Positions 1-8,211 of a DNA stretch of 24,573 nucleotides are shown here, one piece after another. This stretch comes from Candidatus Eiseniibacteriota bacterium (GTDB lineage Bacteria > Eisenbacteria > RBG-16-71-46), in contig JANLOX010000019.1 in NCBI GenBank assembly GCA_031366795.1, positions 1-24,573 on the forward strand, read 5' to 3'. The position numbers and the translations under genes are program-made. How positions within the stretch are numbered: position 1 is the stretch's first letter; each line of letters starts with the position of its first letter. Below the pieces are notes generated by a model, which was not told the origin of the DNA, did not search any database, and saw only the letters and a list, made by a program, of their open reading frames with translations.

Positions 1-250
1 CTTCCTGCGGATCGGAAATGTCGGCCGGCGTGATCTTGTTCATCACCTCGGCGGCCGTGTAGCCCAGCATTCGCTCGGCGCCGACATTGAAGATCTGGAT
101 CACGCCCTTGGCGTCGGTGGCGATGCTCGAGAAGTTGGCGCAGTTGAAGATCGCGCTCTGCAGGGCCCCCGCCTTGAACAGCGCCTTTTCTGCCCGCTTG
201 AGCAGGGTGGGATCGCCGGAACCCGTGAAAGTGCGGACCCTGCTCTTCAT
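1..250 (-). CDS. PAS-domain signalling protein (sensor kinase or diguanylate cyclase type), 5' part only; runs off the left edge
   Basis: Manual minus-strand translation from ATG at 250 (alternative TTG at 271): MKSRVRTFTGSGDPTLLKRAEKALFKAGALQSAIFNCANFSSIATDAKGVIQIFNVGAERMLGYTAAEVMNKITPADISDPQE. 'IATDAKGVIQIFNVGAERMLGYTAAEV' is a typical PAS N-terminal signature. Absent from the ORF track because it has no stop in the window. Confidence 0.85.
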   Translation of the reverse strand, partial: MKSRVRTFTGSGDPTLLKRAEKALFKAGALQSAIFNCANFSSIATDAKGVIQIFNVGAERMLGYTAAEVMNKITPADISDPQE

Positions 251-371
251 TACGTCTTTCGCCTTGGCCAATATGCCGCCCCGGTAGCTGATGTGCGCCT
301 CCGGCTGCGTCCGGGAGCCTCAGTGTCCGGCTCCACCTAGCGCAATTGCTCCCCTAGTGGGGGAATACCGC

Positions 372-2273
372 TTAATGGCGCGCCCGTCGTGAGGGCAGTG
401 GCACCACGCGCGCCTCGGAGATGAGTCCACGCTCGAGCATGCTGTCGGCGGAGACTTGGGCGCGTTCCGGGCTGCTGTAGACGCCGACGACGACGCGGTA
501 ATTCGTGCCTCCGTTGTCGGTTTCCGCGACGACCCACCCCGCGAGCCCGGTCTGGACGATCAGGTGATCGCATTCCAGATGCGCGCGGTTCGAGTCGAGG
601 TAGCTGCCGACGTCGAGACCCAGGCGCTGCCGCCTGGCTGCGTGGGCGACGGAGTCCGCGTGGGGCGGAGCCGGCGCGGGGGGCGCGGGCGATAGCGTGG
701 TTTCGTCCTCGGGCGAGTCCGCGAGGCCGAGTGCTGCCACCGGCGGCGTGGCGGGCGAGGCTGCGACTCCCTGTGGCTTGGCCGCTACCGTGGTCGCGCG
801 CACAGGCTCTACCATTGGCGCTGAAGAATGGGTTTGGAGTGGCGCCGCGGTGGACGTTCCTCTCTGGGAGACTGTCGTCGCGGCGACCGCGGATGAATGC
901 GGCACGAGGCCGTGCCCGCGGCTCAAAATCATCACGGTGGTCAGCGCGGCCGCGACGAACACGCCGCCTGCGATCACCGGAGCGGTGGCACCGTTCGTGG
1001 CGCGGTGACGTACGGGAGGCAGCGGGTTGCGCCCTGCCCGCGAGGCGGGAAGATCCTCCGGCAAATCATCGAGCACGATCAGCTTCAGCGGTTTCCTTGC
1101 GGCTGCGGGCTCGCCACTCGCCGAGTCGTGGGCAGGATCGCCCGGCAACGAATCCGTTTCGTGCGATCGCACTGCGCCTGCCATTTCGTCCGCGGTCGCC
1201 GTGTGGTTCTCCCAAACGGGTGAATCGACATCGAATTCGCTGCCATCCGAATTGCCGTAGCCTAGTGCCGAGCCGATGCGCGGCGGGCCCTGTGAACCGA
1301 CGAATCGCGACACCCATGCGCTGACGCGCGCTTCCGAATCGCCGGGCTCGACGCGTGTGTTCGCGGCCGCGGTGGGCAGTGGCTCGGCTTTGTTCTCGGC
1401 GCGCGCGGGTGCGGGCGCAGCGGTGACTGGCGCCTCCGTTCCGACGCGCGCGGGTGCTGCTTTCCGTTCCGCGGTCGTGCGCAATGGCACGGGCGGTTGT
1501 CCCGCCGCGGCACGCACATGTTCCGTGGTCACGCTGGCGGATCCTGTTTCACTCGCCAGGCGCATCGCTTCGGATGCGAGGGTGTTGATGGCGCGCGGCA
1601 CACCGTGGGACAGCGCGTGAATCTCAGTGGCGCTCTGGCGCGGGAACAGTTGCGCGGGATTGCCGCCTGTGGCCTCGACGCGGTGGTTCAGGTAGCGCCG
1701 CGTCGCCTTGTTCGAGAGCGGTTCGAGCCGGCAATGCGCGGTGACGCGCTGGCCGAGTGCGGCGAGTTCCGGGGCCGCCAGCTTCTCGTGCAGCGAGGGC
1801 AAGCCGACGAACACGAGTTCGAGGCTTCGCTTCGCTTGCGCCTCGGAGTTCACCAGCAGCCGCAATTCATCGAAGGCACCGGCGGCCAACAGGTGGGCGT
1901 CCTCGATCACGATGACCGCGACCTGCGAGGCCTTCGCGATCTGGGAAAGCTTGGCGTCGAGCGCGCCGAGCAGCTGCGGCTTGCTGGCGCCCGCGGGCGG
2001 ATCGGCACCCAGCCGGCGCGCAAGTTCTTCCAGCAGTTCGAGGCGCGAGAGTGTGGGGTTGGGGACGCAGACCACGCGCGCCCGTTCGCCCCAACGCGCG
2101 GTTGCTTCGAGCAGCAGCGCGGTCTTGCCGGTCCCGGCCTCACCGGTGACGAGCAGGATGCGCTCGCGCGTGCCGAGACCGTCATCGAGACGCGCGAGCG
2201 CGTCCTTCCACGCCTCGTTGCTGCAGATGAGGCGGGGGGAATAGGTCGATGAAAATGGATGATCGGCAGGCAC
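372..2273 (-). CDS. ExeA/GspA-family AAA+ ATPase with Pro/Ala-rich linker, single TM helix and C-terminal SPOR peptidoglycan-binding domain
   Basis: Walker A GEAGTGKT; Walker B VIVIEDAH; ExeA-like segments 'LVFVGLPSL', 'LGQRV', 'YLNHRV' and 'SHGVPRAINTLA'; hydrophobic 'VIAGGVFVAAALTTVMILS'; SPOR-like end 'LDVGSY...YRVVVGVYSSPERA'. GTG start. Confidence 0.85.
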   Translation of the reverse strand: MPADHPFSSTYSPRLICSNEAWKDALARLDDGLGTRERILLVTGEAGTGKTALLLEATARWGERARVVCVPNPTLSRLELLEELARRLGADPPAGASKPQLLGALDAKLSQIAKASQVAVIVIEDAHLLAAGAFDELRLLVNSEAQAKRSLELVFVGLPSLHEKLAAPELAALGQRVTAHCRLEPLSNKATRRYLNHRVEATGGNPAQLFPRQSATEIHALSHGVPRAINTLASEAMRLASETGSASVTTEHVRAAAGQPPVPLRTTAERKAAPARVGTEAPVTAAPAPARAENKAEPLPTAAANTRVEPGDSEARVSAWVSRFVGSQGPPRIGSALGYGNSDGSEFDVDSPVWENHTATADEMAGAVRSHETDSLPGDPAHDSASGEPAAARKPLKLIVLDDLPEDLPASRAGRNPLPPVRHRATNGATAPVIAGGVFVAAALTTVMILSRGHGLVPHSSAVAATTVSQRGTSTAAPLQTHSSAPMVEPVRATTVAAKPQGVAASPATPPVAALGLADSPEDETTLSPAPPAPAPPHADSVAHAARRQRLGLDVGSYLDSNRAHLECDHLIVQTGLAGWVVAETDNGGTNYRVVVGVYSSPERAQVSADSMLERGLISEARVVPLPSRRARH

Positions 2274-2470
2274 GGTCGGCGCGCTTGAGCCCAGGTGATG
2301 CTGCTGGATCCCCAGCGTCCGGTGCCGAGGTCCTTGCGGGGGGTATCGGCAGGGTCAGCGCGCCGAATGAGCGCCGGATTCAGCGTGTTGGCGGACGAGC
2401 GTGAGCCCTCGCGCGCCCATGGGCAGCGGTTGCGCGCCCTAAGGCGAGCAATACAAACCGCGGCGAGCCC

Positions 2471-4219
2471 TCAGGCGCCGCCCAGCCATTGTCCCGCGGC
2501 CCAGTCCGCTTCCTTCAGCCGCTCGATCAACGCCACCACTTCATCGCGCTGCGCGTGAGTCGTCAGCAGCACGAGATCGCCTTCACGCATCCACTGGAGC
2601 GCCGCGCGTGTGGCGTCGAGTTCGGTGGGGTGGAGCGATAGCGACGCCGGGTCCGCGCCGAGGGCGAGCAACTCGGATTGCAGCAGCCCCGGCACCACGC
2701 CGGGCTCACGGCCGCGCAGGAAGGATTCCATCTCCTTGATGAACACGCGCGCGGGGCCGGTCGACCAGGCGGTGCGCGCGAACTCGCGGATTGCTTCGTC
2801 GTCGCGGTCACCGGCCTGCCCGATGACGATGGCGCGGCGTTGCGCCGGCATCGCCTTCGTCATCTCGGCGAGAGCGCTAAGGCCGTGCGGGTTGTGCGCG
2901 TAGTCCACGATCACCGTGCCGCCGCCCAATGCCCAGACGTTGGCGCGACCGGGATTGCTCGCGAGGCTGTTGTCGAACGCCATCAGCCCGCGTCGGATCG
3001 CCTCCTCGGGCAGGTTGAGCGCCATGGCGACGCCGATCACGCCGAGCGCATTGGCGATGTTGTGGCGCGCCGCGCCGCCCATCAGTAGCGGCACTTCATC
3101 GATGCGCGCGATGGCGCGCCGCTCGCCGCCGCGCGCGAACACCAGGGCGTCGCCTTCGAGATAGACGGCCTCATGGCCGCGCGCGAGGTGTTCGCCGAGC
3201 ACCGCGTGCGCCGGGTCAAGCGTGAACCACGTCACTTGAGATGCGAGCCTGGGCCCCCGCTCGAGCAGCAGCGGATCGTCGGCGTTGAGCACGACGCGGC
3301 CGCCCATGACGACGGCGCGCGCGACGACGAGCTTGACGGAGGCCATGGTGGCGAGGTCGAGTACGCCGTACTCGCCGAGATGATCGGCGGCGACGTTGGT
3401 GACCAGTGCCGCCTGGGCGCGCGGCACGGCGAGCCCGCGGCGCAGGATGCCGCCGCGCGCGACTTCGAGCATGGCGACCTGCACGCGCCGGTCGCGTAAG
3501 ACCGTGCGCGCGCCGTTCGGCCCCGAGAAGTCACCCTTCTCGATGATCTCGCCATCGACGCTGATCGCATCCGTCGAGGAAACACCCGCGACCTGTCCCG
3601 CCGCCTGCGCGATGGCGCCGAGCAGCCGCACACTCGTCGTCTTGCCGTTGGTGCCGGTCACGAGGGCAGTGCGGATGTCGTACATCGAGCCCCACGGCAC
3701 CAGGCGCGTCGCGGCCTGCGCCTTGTCGATCGGCCAGGCGCGCGAGCCACGGCCGAGGCCGATCGAGACGGTGGTGTCGTCGGACAACAACGTTACGTTG
3801 CGCTCGGCGGCGGCCACGGCGAGCGCCGGCAACCACGGTTTGCGCTCGAGCTTGATGACCTTCGCGAGCCGCTCGGCGGCCATCTCGAACGTTTCGTCCG
3901 TGGGCATGTCTTCGATGACGAGCGGCAGTTGCCCGAGTGCCCGCGCGGCCGCGGCGATCGCCGCTTCGTTGAGCTCGGTCGCGGCGTACAGAACATCGAT
4001 CGGCGCTTCGAACGCCAGGCTCATGCCGCCGGTATAGCTGCGCGTGACGATGCGCGGGCTGCTCCAGCCCACCCATTGCATCAGGCGGCCCAAGGCAGTG
4101 CGCCACGCGGTGGCCACGGCATCGGGATCCAGTCCCTCGAGGGCGAGGTCGATGATGGCCCCGGGCTGTTGCAGCAGCAGGCTCGGGCCGGTCAGGCGCC
4201 GTGAGTCGAGGACACGCAT
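2471..4219 (-). CDS. Cyanophycin synthetase-like Mur-ligase protein (N-domain-like region plus M domain; most of the ATP-grasp domain absent)
   Basis: ATG at 4219 gives MRVLDSRRLTGPSLL, which parallels CphA MKLLDSSVYLGPSLY. Mur P-loop VTGTNGKTT; 'LEVARGGILRRGL', 'TNVAADHLG', 'VLNADD', 'HNIANAL', 'PGRAN', 'DYAHNP' and 'GDRDD' all match the adjacent CphA C-terminal half. 582 aa. Confidence 0.85.
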   Translation of the reverse strand: MRVLDSRRLTGPSLLLQQPGAIIDLALEGLDPDAVATAWRTALGRLMQWVGWSSPRIVTRSYTGGMSLAFEAPIDVLYAATELNEAAIAAAARALGQLPLVIEDMPTDETFEMAAERLAKVIKLERKPWLPALAVAAAERNVTLLSDDTTVSIGLGRGSRAWPIDKAQAATRLVPWGSMYDIRTALVTGTNGKTTSVRLLGAIAQAAGQVAGVSSTDAISVDGEIIEKGDFSGPNGARTVLRDRRVQVAMLEVARGGILRRGLAVPRAQAALVTNVAADHLGEYGVLDLATMASVKLVVARAVVMGGRVVLNADDPLLLERGPRLASQVTWFTLDPAHAVLGEHLARGHEAVYLEGDALVFARGGERRAIARIDEVPLLMGGAARHNIANALGVIGVAMALNLPEEAIRRGLMAFDNSLASNPGRANVWALGGGTVIVDYAHNPHGLSALAEMTKAMPAQRRAIVIGQAGDRDDEAIREFARTAWSTGPARVFIKEMESFLRGREPGVVPGLLQSELLALGADPASLSLHPTELDATRAALQWMREGDLVLLTTHAQRDEVVALIERLKEADWAAGQWLGGA

Positions 4220-4295
4220 GTGAGTGTTCAGGCGCGGACTGCTGCGATGCGCGTGGCCAGCGGCGAGTGCTGCGCCCAATCGCGATGAGCCCGGC

Positions 4296-7076
4296 TCAAT
4301 CCGTGCTCTCCGTCTCGCGCGCCAGTCGCACGCCACGCTCGTCGCGGATCAGCAACTGGCCGTCCTCGAGCTCGACCGCACCCGCTCCGGTCTCGACGTT
4401 CGCCGGACTTGGCCCCTCATGGCTCGCGGTGCCGGGCGCAAAGTGGATGACCTGGTTCCAGGTGCGCTGCAGGGCGTCGGCGAAGATCAACACGAGATCG
4501 CCGGGCCGCGCGCGCTCGAGCGCCGCGGACACCGCTTCCTGCTCATCGGGAATCATCTCGACCGTGTGCGTTGCCATGCCCTCTTCGAGCAGGGCGGAGC
4601 GCAGCATGCGCGGCACCTCGTCGCCCTTGCGCCCGCGCAGGCCGTCGTCCCGGCGGCAGATATAGTGATCGAAGTGCCCCGCCGCGGCGCGGCCGATGCC
4701 GGCGATGTCATCATCGCGCCGGTCTCCCGGAGCCGCGAGCACGCAGATCCGCTTGCCACGCACCTGCATGCGGTCCGACAGCTCGCACATCGCTTGCACC
4801 GCCGCCGCATTGTGGCCGTAGTCCATGATCACGGCGAAGGGGTGGTGGTTGTAGACGTTGGTGCGGCCGGGTGCGAGTTCAAACGTGGTGTCGAACGACT
4901 TGAGGCCCTGGCGGATATCGTCGAGCTTGGCGCCCATGGCGTAGGAGATCGCCGCGGCGAACATGGCGTTCTGGATGTTGTGGCGCGCGCGACCCTCGAG
5001 CGTGCAGGGGATCGCATGGGTCCACAGCACCGGCAGGTGGAGGCCCCGATCGAACAGCGTGATCATGTGGCCGTTGACACCCTCCTCGAGCACGCAGGCG
5101 CGCCCGCCAGCGCGGATGTGTTCCTTCACCAGCGGGAACTGTGATTGTAGCGTGACGTAGCAAACGTGGCTCGCACGCGTGTGGTCGGCCATTTTCAGGC
5201 AGTGCGCGTCGTCGGCGTTGAGCACTGCGGTCTCTTGCGCGATCTCTATGACGACGCGCTTCACCTCGGCGAGCTGCTCGAGCGTATCGACACCCTTGAG
5301 CCCCAGGTGATCGGAGCTGATATTGAGCACCGCGCCGACCTTGCACTTGCGGTAACCGAGGCCCCTCCGGAGGATGCCGCCGCGCGCGGTCTCGAGCACC
5401 GCGGCATCGACGCTCGGGTCGCGCAGCACCATGCGCGCCGAGACCGGCCCCGTCATGTCGCCCTTCACCGTGAGCTGGCCGTTGATGTAGACGCCATCGG
5501 TGGTCGTCAATCCCACCGTGTGCCCGCACAGCTTGAGGATGTGGGCCACCATGCGCGCGGTCGTGGTCTTGCCGTTCGTCCCCGTGATCGAGGCGATGGG
5601 GATGCGGTTCGGCGTGCCCGTGGGAAACAGCATGTCCATCACCGGTCCCGCGACATCGCGTGGCGTGCCTTCGCTGGGTGCCACGTGCATGCGGAAGCCG
5701 GGCGCGGCGTTCAGCTCGCAGATGGCGCCGCCCACTTCGCGGTAGGATTCGGTGATGTCGGGCGAGATGAAGTCGACACCGCCGACGTCGAGCCCGATCG
5801 CGGCCACCGCGCGCACCGCCATCTCGACATTGTCGGGGTGCACCACGTCGGTGACATCGATCGCCGTGCCACCCGTCGACAGGTTGCCTGTCATGCGCAG
5901 CATCACCACTTCGCCCACGGGCGGGACGGTCTTGCGCGAGTAGCCCACATCGGCGAGGCAGCGGTCCGCCTGCGCGTCGAGCTCGAGCCGCGTCAGCACC
6001 TTCTCGTGCCCGATGCCGCGGCGCGGGTCATGATTCGTGAGATCGACGAGCTGGTCCACCGTGTGGTCGCCATCGCCCACGACGTGTCCCGGCACGCGCT
6101 TGGCCGCCGCGATCAGGGCGCCATTGATGACGAGCATGCGGTAGTCGCCACCTGTCACGAACGTCTCGACGATCACCGCGCGGCTGTGCTCGCGCGCCTT
6201 GTGGTAGGCCGCGCGAACCGCGGCGCCATCGCGCAGGTCGAGTGCCACACCGCGCCCGTGATTACCGTTGTAGGGCTTGACCACCACCGGGAATCCCAGC
6301 TTCTGCGCGGCGATCGCCGCCTCCTCCTCGGTGTAGACGAGCCGCTGCTGCGGCACCGGCAGCCCGAGATCACCGAGAATGCGGTTCGTCTCTTCCTTGT
6401 CGGAGGCGATCTCGACGGCGATGTGACGTGTCTCGCTGGTGATCGTCGCCTGGATGCGCTTCTGGTACTTGCCGTGGCCGAACTGCACGAGGCTCTGGTG
6501 ATTGAGCCGGATCCACGGAATGTCGCGTGCTTCCGCGGCGCGCACGAGTGCCGCCGTGCTGGGTCCCAGTGCCCGGCGCTGCGTGAAGCGGATGAACTCG
6601 TCGCGCGATTCCTCAAACACGAACCCCTTCGGCAGCGCATCGGCCGGTCGCAGCGCTGCGGGCAGCAGCGAGAACAGCAGCAGCAGGCCGAGCTTGCCGG
6701 CTTCGACGCCGACCTCCGCCTGCTCGAACTGGTAGACGATCTCGTAGATGCCCGTGGTCCCAGTGGTGCGCGTCTTGCCGAAGGTGACGCGCGCGCCCGC
6801 GATGTTCTGCAGTTCGATCGCGACATGCTCGAGCACGTGACCCAGCCAGGTGCCCTCGTCCTCGCTCAGGCGGCGGATGAAGCCGCCGGGCTCGCCATAC
6901 GAGCAGCCATGCTCCCGCAATCCCGGAAGTGCCTCGACCAGTCCATCCACGAACGCCTTCCCCAACTTCATGCTGGGCCACTGCTCCAACTCGCCGAGAT
7001 CGACGATGAAGCGGATGACGGGGAAGTGGGCGTAAAGGCTGGGGCCGAGATAGACGGAAGAGTCGAGCAGCTTCAT
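4296..7076 (-). CDS. cphA: Cyanophycin synthetase CphA1 (926 aa)
   Basis: N domain with 'HGCSYGEPGGF...GTWLGHVLEH'; 'LGPST'; ATP-grasp motifs 'VVVKPYNGNHGRGV', 'NLSTGGTAIDVTD' and 'ELNAAPGFRMH'; Mur domain 'ITGTNGKTT', 'LETARGG', 'DYGHN'. Adjacent to cyanophycinase. Confidence 0.97.
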   Translation of the reverse strand: MKLLDSSVYLGPSLYAHFPVIRFIVDLGELEQWPSMKLGKAFVDGLVEALPGLREHGCSYGEPGGFIRRLSEDEGTWLGHVLEHVAIELQNIAGARVTFGKTRTTGTTGIYEIVYQFEQAEVGVEAGKLGLLLLFSLLPAALRPADALPKGFVFEESRDEFIRFTQRRALGPSTAALVRAAEARDIPWIRLNHQSLVQFGHGKYQKRIQATITSETRHIAVEIASDKEETNRILGDLGLPVPQQRLVYTEEEAAIAAQKLGFPVVVKPYNGNHGRGVALDLRDGAAVRAAYHKAREHSRAVIVETFVTGGDYRMLVINGALIAAAKRVPGHVVGDGDHTVDQLVDLTNHDPRRGIGHEKVLTRLELDAQADRCLADVGYSRKTVPPVGEVVMLRMTGNLSTGGTAIDVTDVVHPDNVEMAVRAVAAIGLDVGGVDFISPDITESYREVGGAICELNAAPGFRMHVAPSEGTPRDVAGPVMDMLFPTGTPNRIPIASITGTNGKTTTARMVAHILKLCGHTVGLTTTDGVYINGQLTVKGDMTGPVSARMVLRDPSVDAAVLETARGGILRRGLGYRKCKVGAVLNISSDHLGLKGVDTLEQLAEVKRVVIEIAQETAVLNADDAHCLKMADHTRASHVCYVTLQSQFPLVKEHIRAGGRACVLEEGVNGHMITLFDRGLHLPVLWTHAIPCTLEGRARHNIQNAMFAAAISYAMGAKLDDIRQGLKSFDTTFELAPGRTNVYNHHPFAVIMDYGHNAAAVQAMCELSDRMQVRGKRICVLAAPGDRRDDDIAGIGRAAAGHFDHYICRRDDGLRGRKGDEVPRMLRSALLEEGMATHTVEMIPDEQEAVSAALERARPGDLVLIFADALQRTWNQVIHFAPGTASHEGPSPANVETGAGAVELEDGQLLIRDERGVRLARETESTD

Positions 7077-7170
7077 GGCGTGGAGCCCCGGGGAGTGGGA
7101 GAGGGGGGACGGCCCACCAATCTAACGGGGCGCGGCCCGAATCGCCATGAGTAATGAGGGCTCGCGGGCG

Positions 7171-8010
7171 CTACTCGTCCGCCAGCGCTCCCGAGGCGCT
7201 CGCCGTGCGGGTGGCCAGGTTATAGGTGCCGCCCTTGACCAGCACGTGCAGCTTCACGCCCAGCAGGCTCACCGGTTCGCCCTGCCGCGCGGCGTCGATC
7301 GAGGAGTACTCGATACTGGAAGGGTCGACGATCGTGATGGCACCGCTGCCCACGACTTCGAGGCAGTTGTCCGGGCCGATGAACGCCGCGGTGTCCTCAT
7401 CGAGGCCAATGCCCGTGGCGAAGGGATTAAAGGCGAGTGCGGTGAGCAGGCGGCCGAGGCGATCGCGCTCGCGGAAATGTTGGTCGACCACAATGCGGTT
7501 GGTCAGGCCCAGCCCGGGGGCAAGCTGGACCATGCCCGCGTGCGGCGTCGAGCCTTCTTCGCCGTAGGCGATCATGTGCTCGGGCAGGAATGCCGCTCCC
7601 GCCGAGGTGCCGCCGATGGTCACGCCGCGCGCATTCATGGCGCGCAGGGCCTTTGCGACCGAGGTGCCGCCCAGCGTGGTGCTCAAGCGCAACTGGCTGC
7701 CGCCGGTGAGGAACACGCCCGTCGCCTTCTCGAGCACCGCCAACTCTTCGGGGTCCTCACACTGCTGGCGCGACTCGAACGGCAGTACCCACACCTTCGA
7801 GGCCTTGAGGTCGCGGAACAGTTCTTCATAGCGCCGGCCGGTGGTGCGCAGCTCGGACGCGGTCGGGATCACCGCGATCGCCGCATTGCGCCCGCCACAG
7901 ACACGGACGAAGCGCTTGAGGATCGCTTCGTCGCCGATCTTATCCTCGGCGCCGCCGATCGGCACGATGGAACCGCGCTGATGCCCCTCGGGCACGTGGG
8001 ATGGGCTCAT
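7171..8010 (-). CDS. cphB: Cyanophycinase (peptidase S51), cytoplasmic type
   Basis: 'IGGAEDK', 'IPTAS', 'FLTGGSQLRL', nucleophile motif GTSAG, 'DQHFRERDRLGRL', 'IGLDEDTA'. No signal peptide. GGAGG SD upstream. Confidence 0.95.
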   Translation of the reverse strand: MSPSHVPEGHQRGSIVPIGGAEDKIGDEAILKRFVRVCGGRNAAIAVIPTASELRTTGRRYEELFRDLKASKVWVLPFESRQQCEDPEELAVLEKATGVFLTGGSQLRLSTTLGGTSVAKALRAMNARGVTIGGTSAGAAFLPEHMIAYGEEGSTPHAGMVQLAPGLGLTNRIVVDQHFRERDRLGRLLTALAFNPFATGIGLDEDTAAFIGPDNCLEVVGSGAITIVDPSSIEYSSIDAARQGEPVSLLGVKLHVLVKGGTYNLATRTASASGALADE

Positions 8011-8012
8011 GA

Positions 8013-8030
8013 CGCGTCCTCCATGACGCG
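8013..8030 (-). promoter_or_regulatory. Hairpin presenting the cphB Shine-Dalgarno in an ANGGAN hexaloop (CsrA/RsmA-like site)
   Basis: The mRNA reads CGCGUC-AUGGAG-GACGCG-UC-AUG: a perfect 6-bp stem. UCAUGGAGGA matches the (A/U)CANGGANG(U/A) consensus. Confidence 0.4.
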
Positions 8031-8211
8031 GTTATCGGTCGCAGGGCTCAAGGAATGCAGGACAAGGTTCTCGCGGGAAGGTGCATGCCGAAAACGACGC
8101 GCAAAGCTAACATATTTGAACGATTCGCAAGCTGCAGCCCGGGAGACCCGCGGGTCGTGGGACCTCGGTCGCATTGCGCAACTCCTGAGTTCGCTCCGTG
8201 CGCCGAGACCG

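Noticed and set aside
4220..4336. 39-aa extension of the CphA-like ORF overlapping the cphA end
   Set aside because: Similarity to the CphA N-terminus starts at ATG 4219.
8072..8092. Sigma54-like sequence upstream of cphB (CGGCATGCACCTTCC on the minus strand)
   Set aside because: The invariant -12 GC is CC, so nitrogen-type sigma54 control is not supported.
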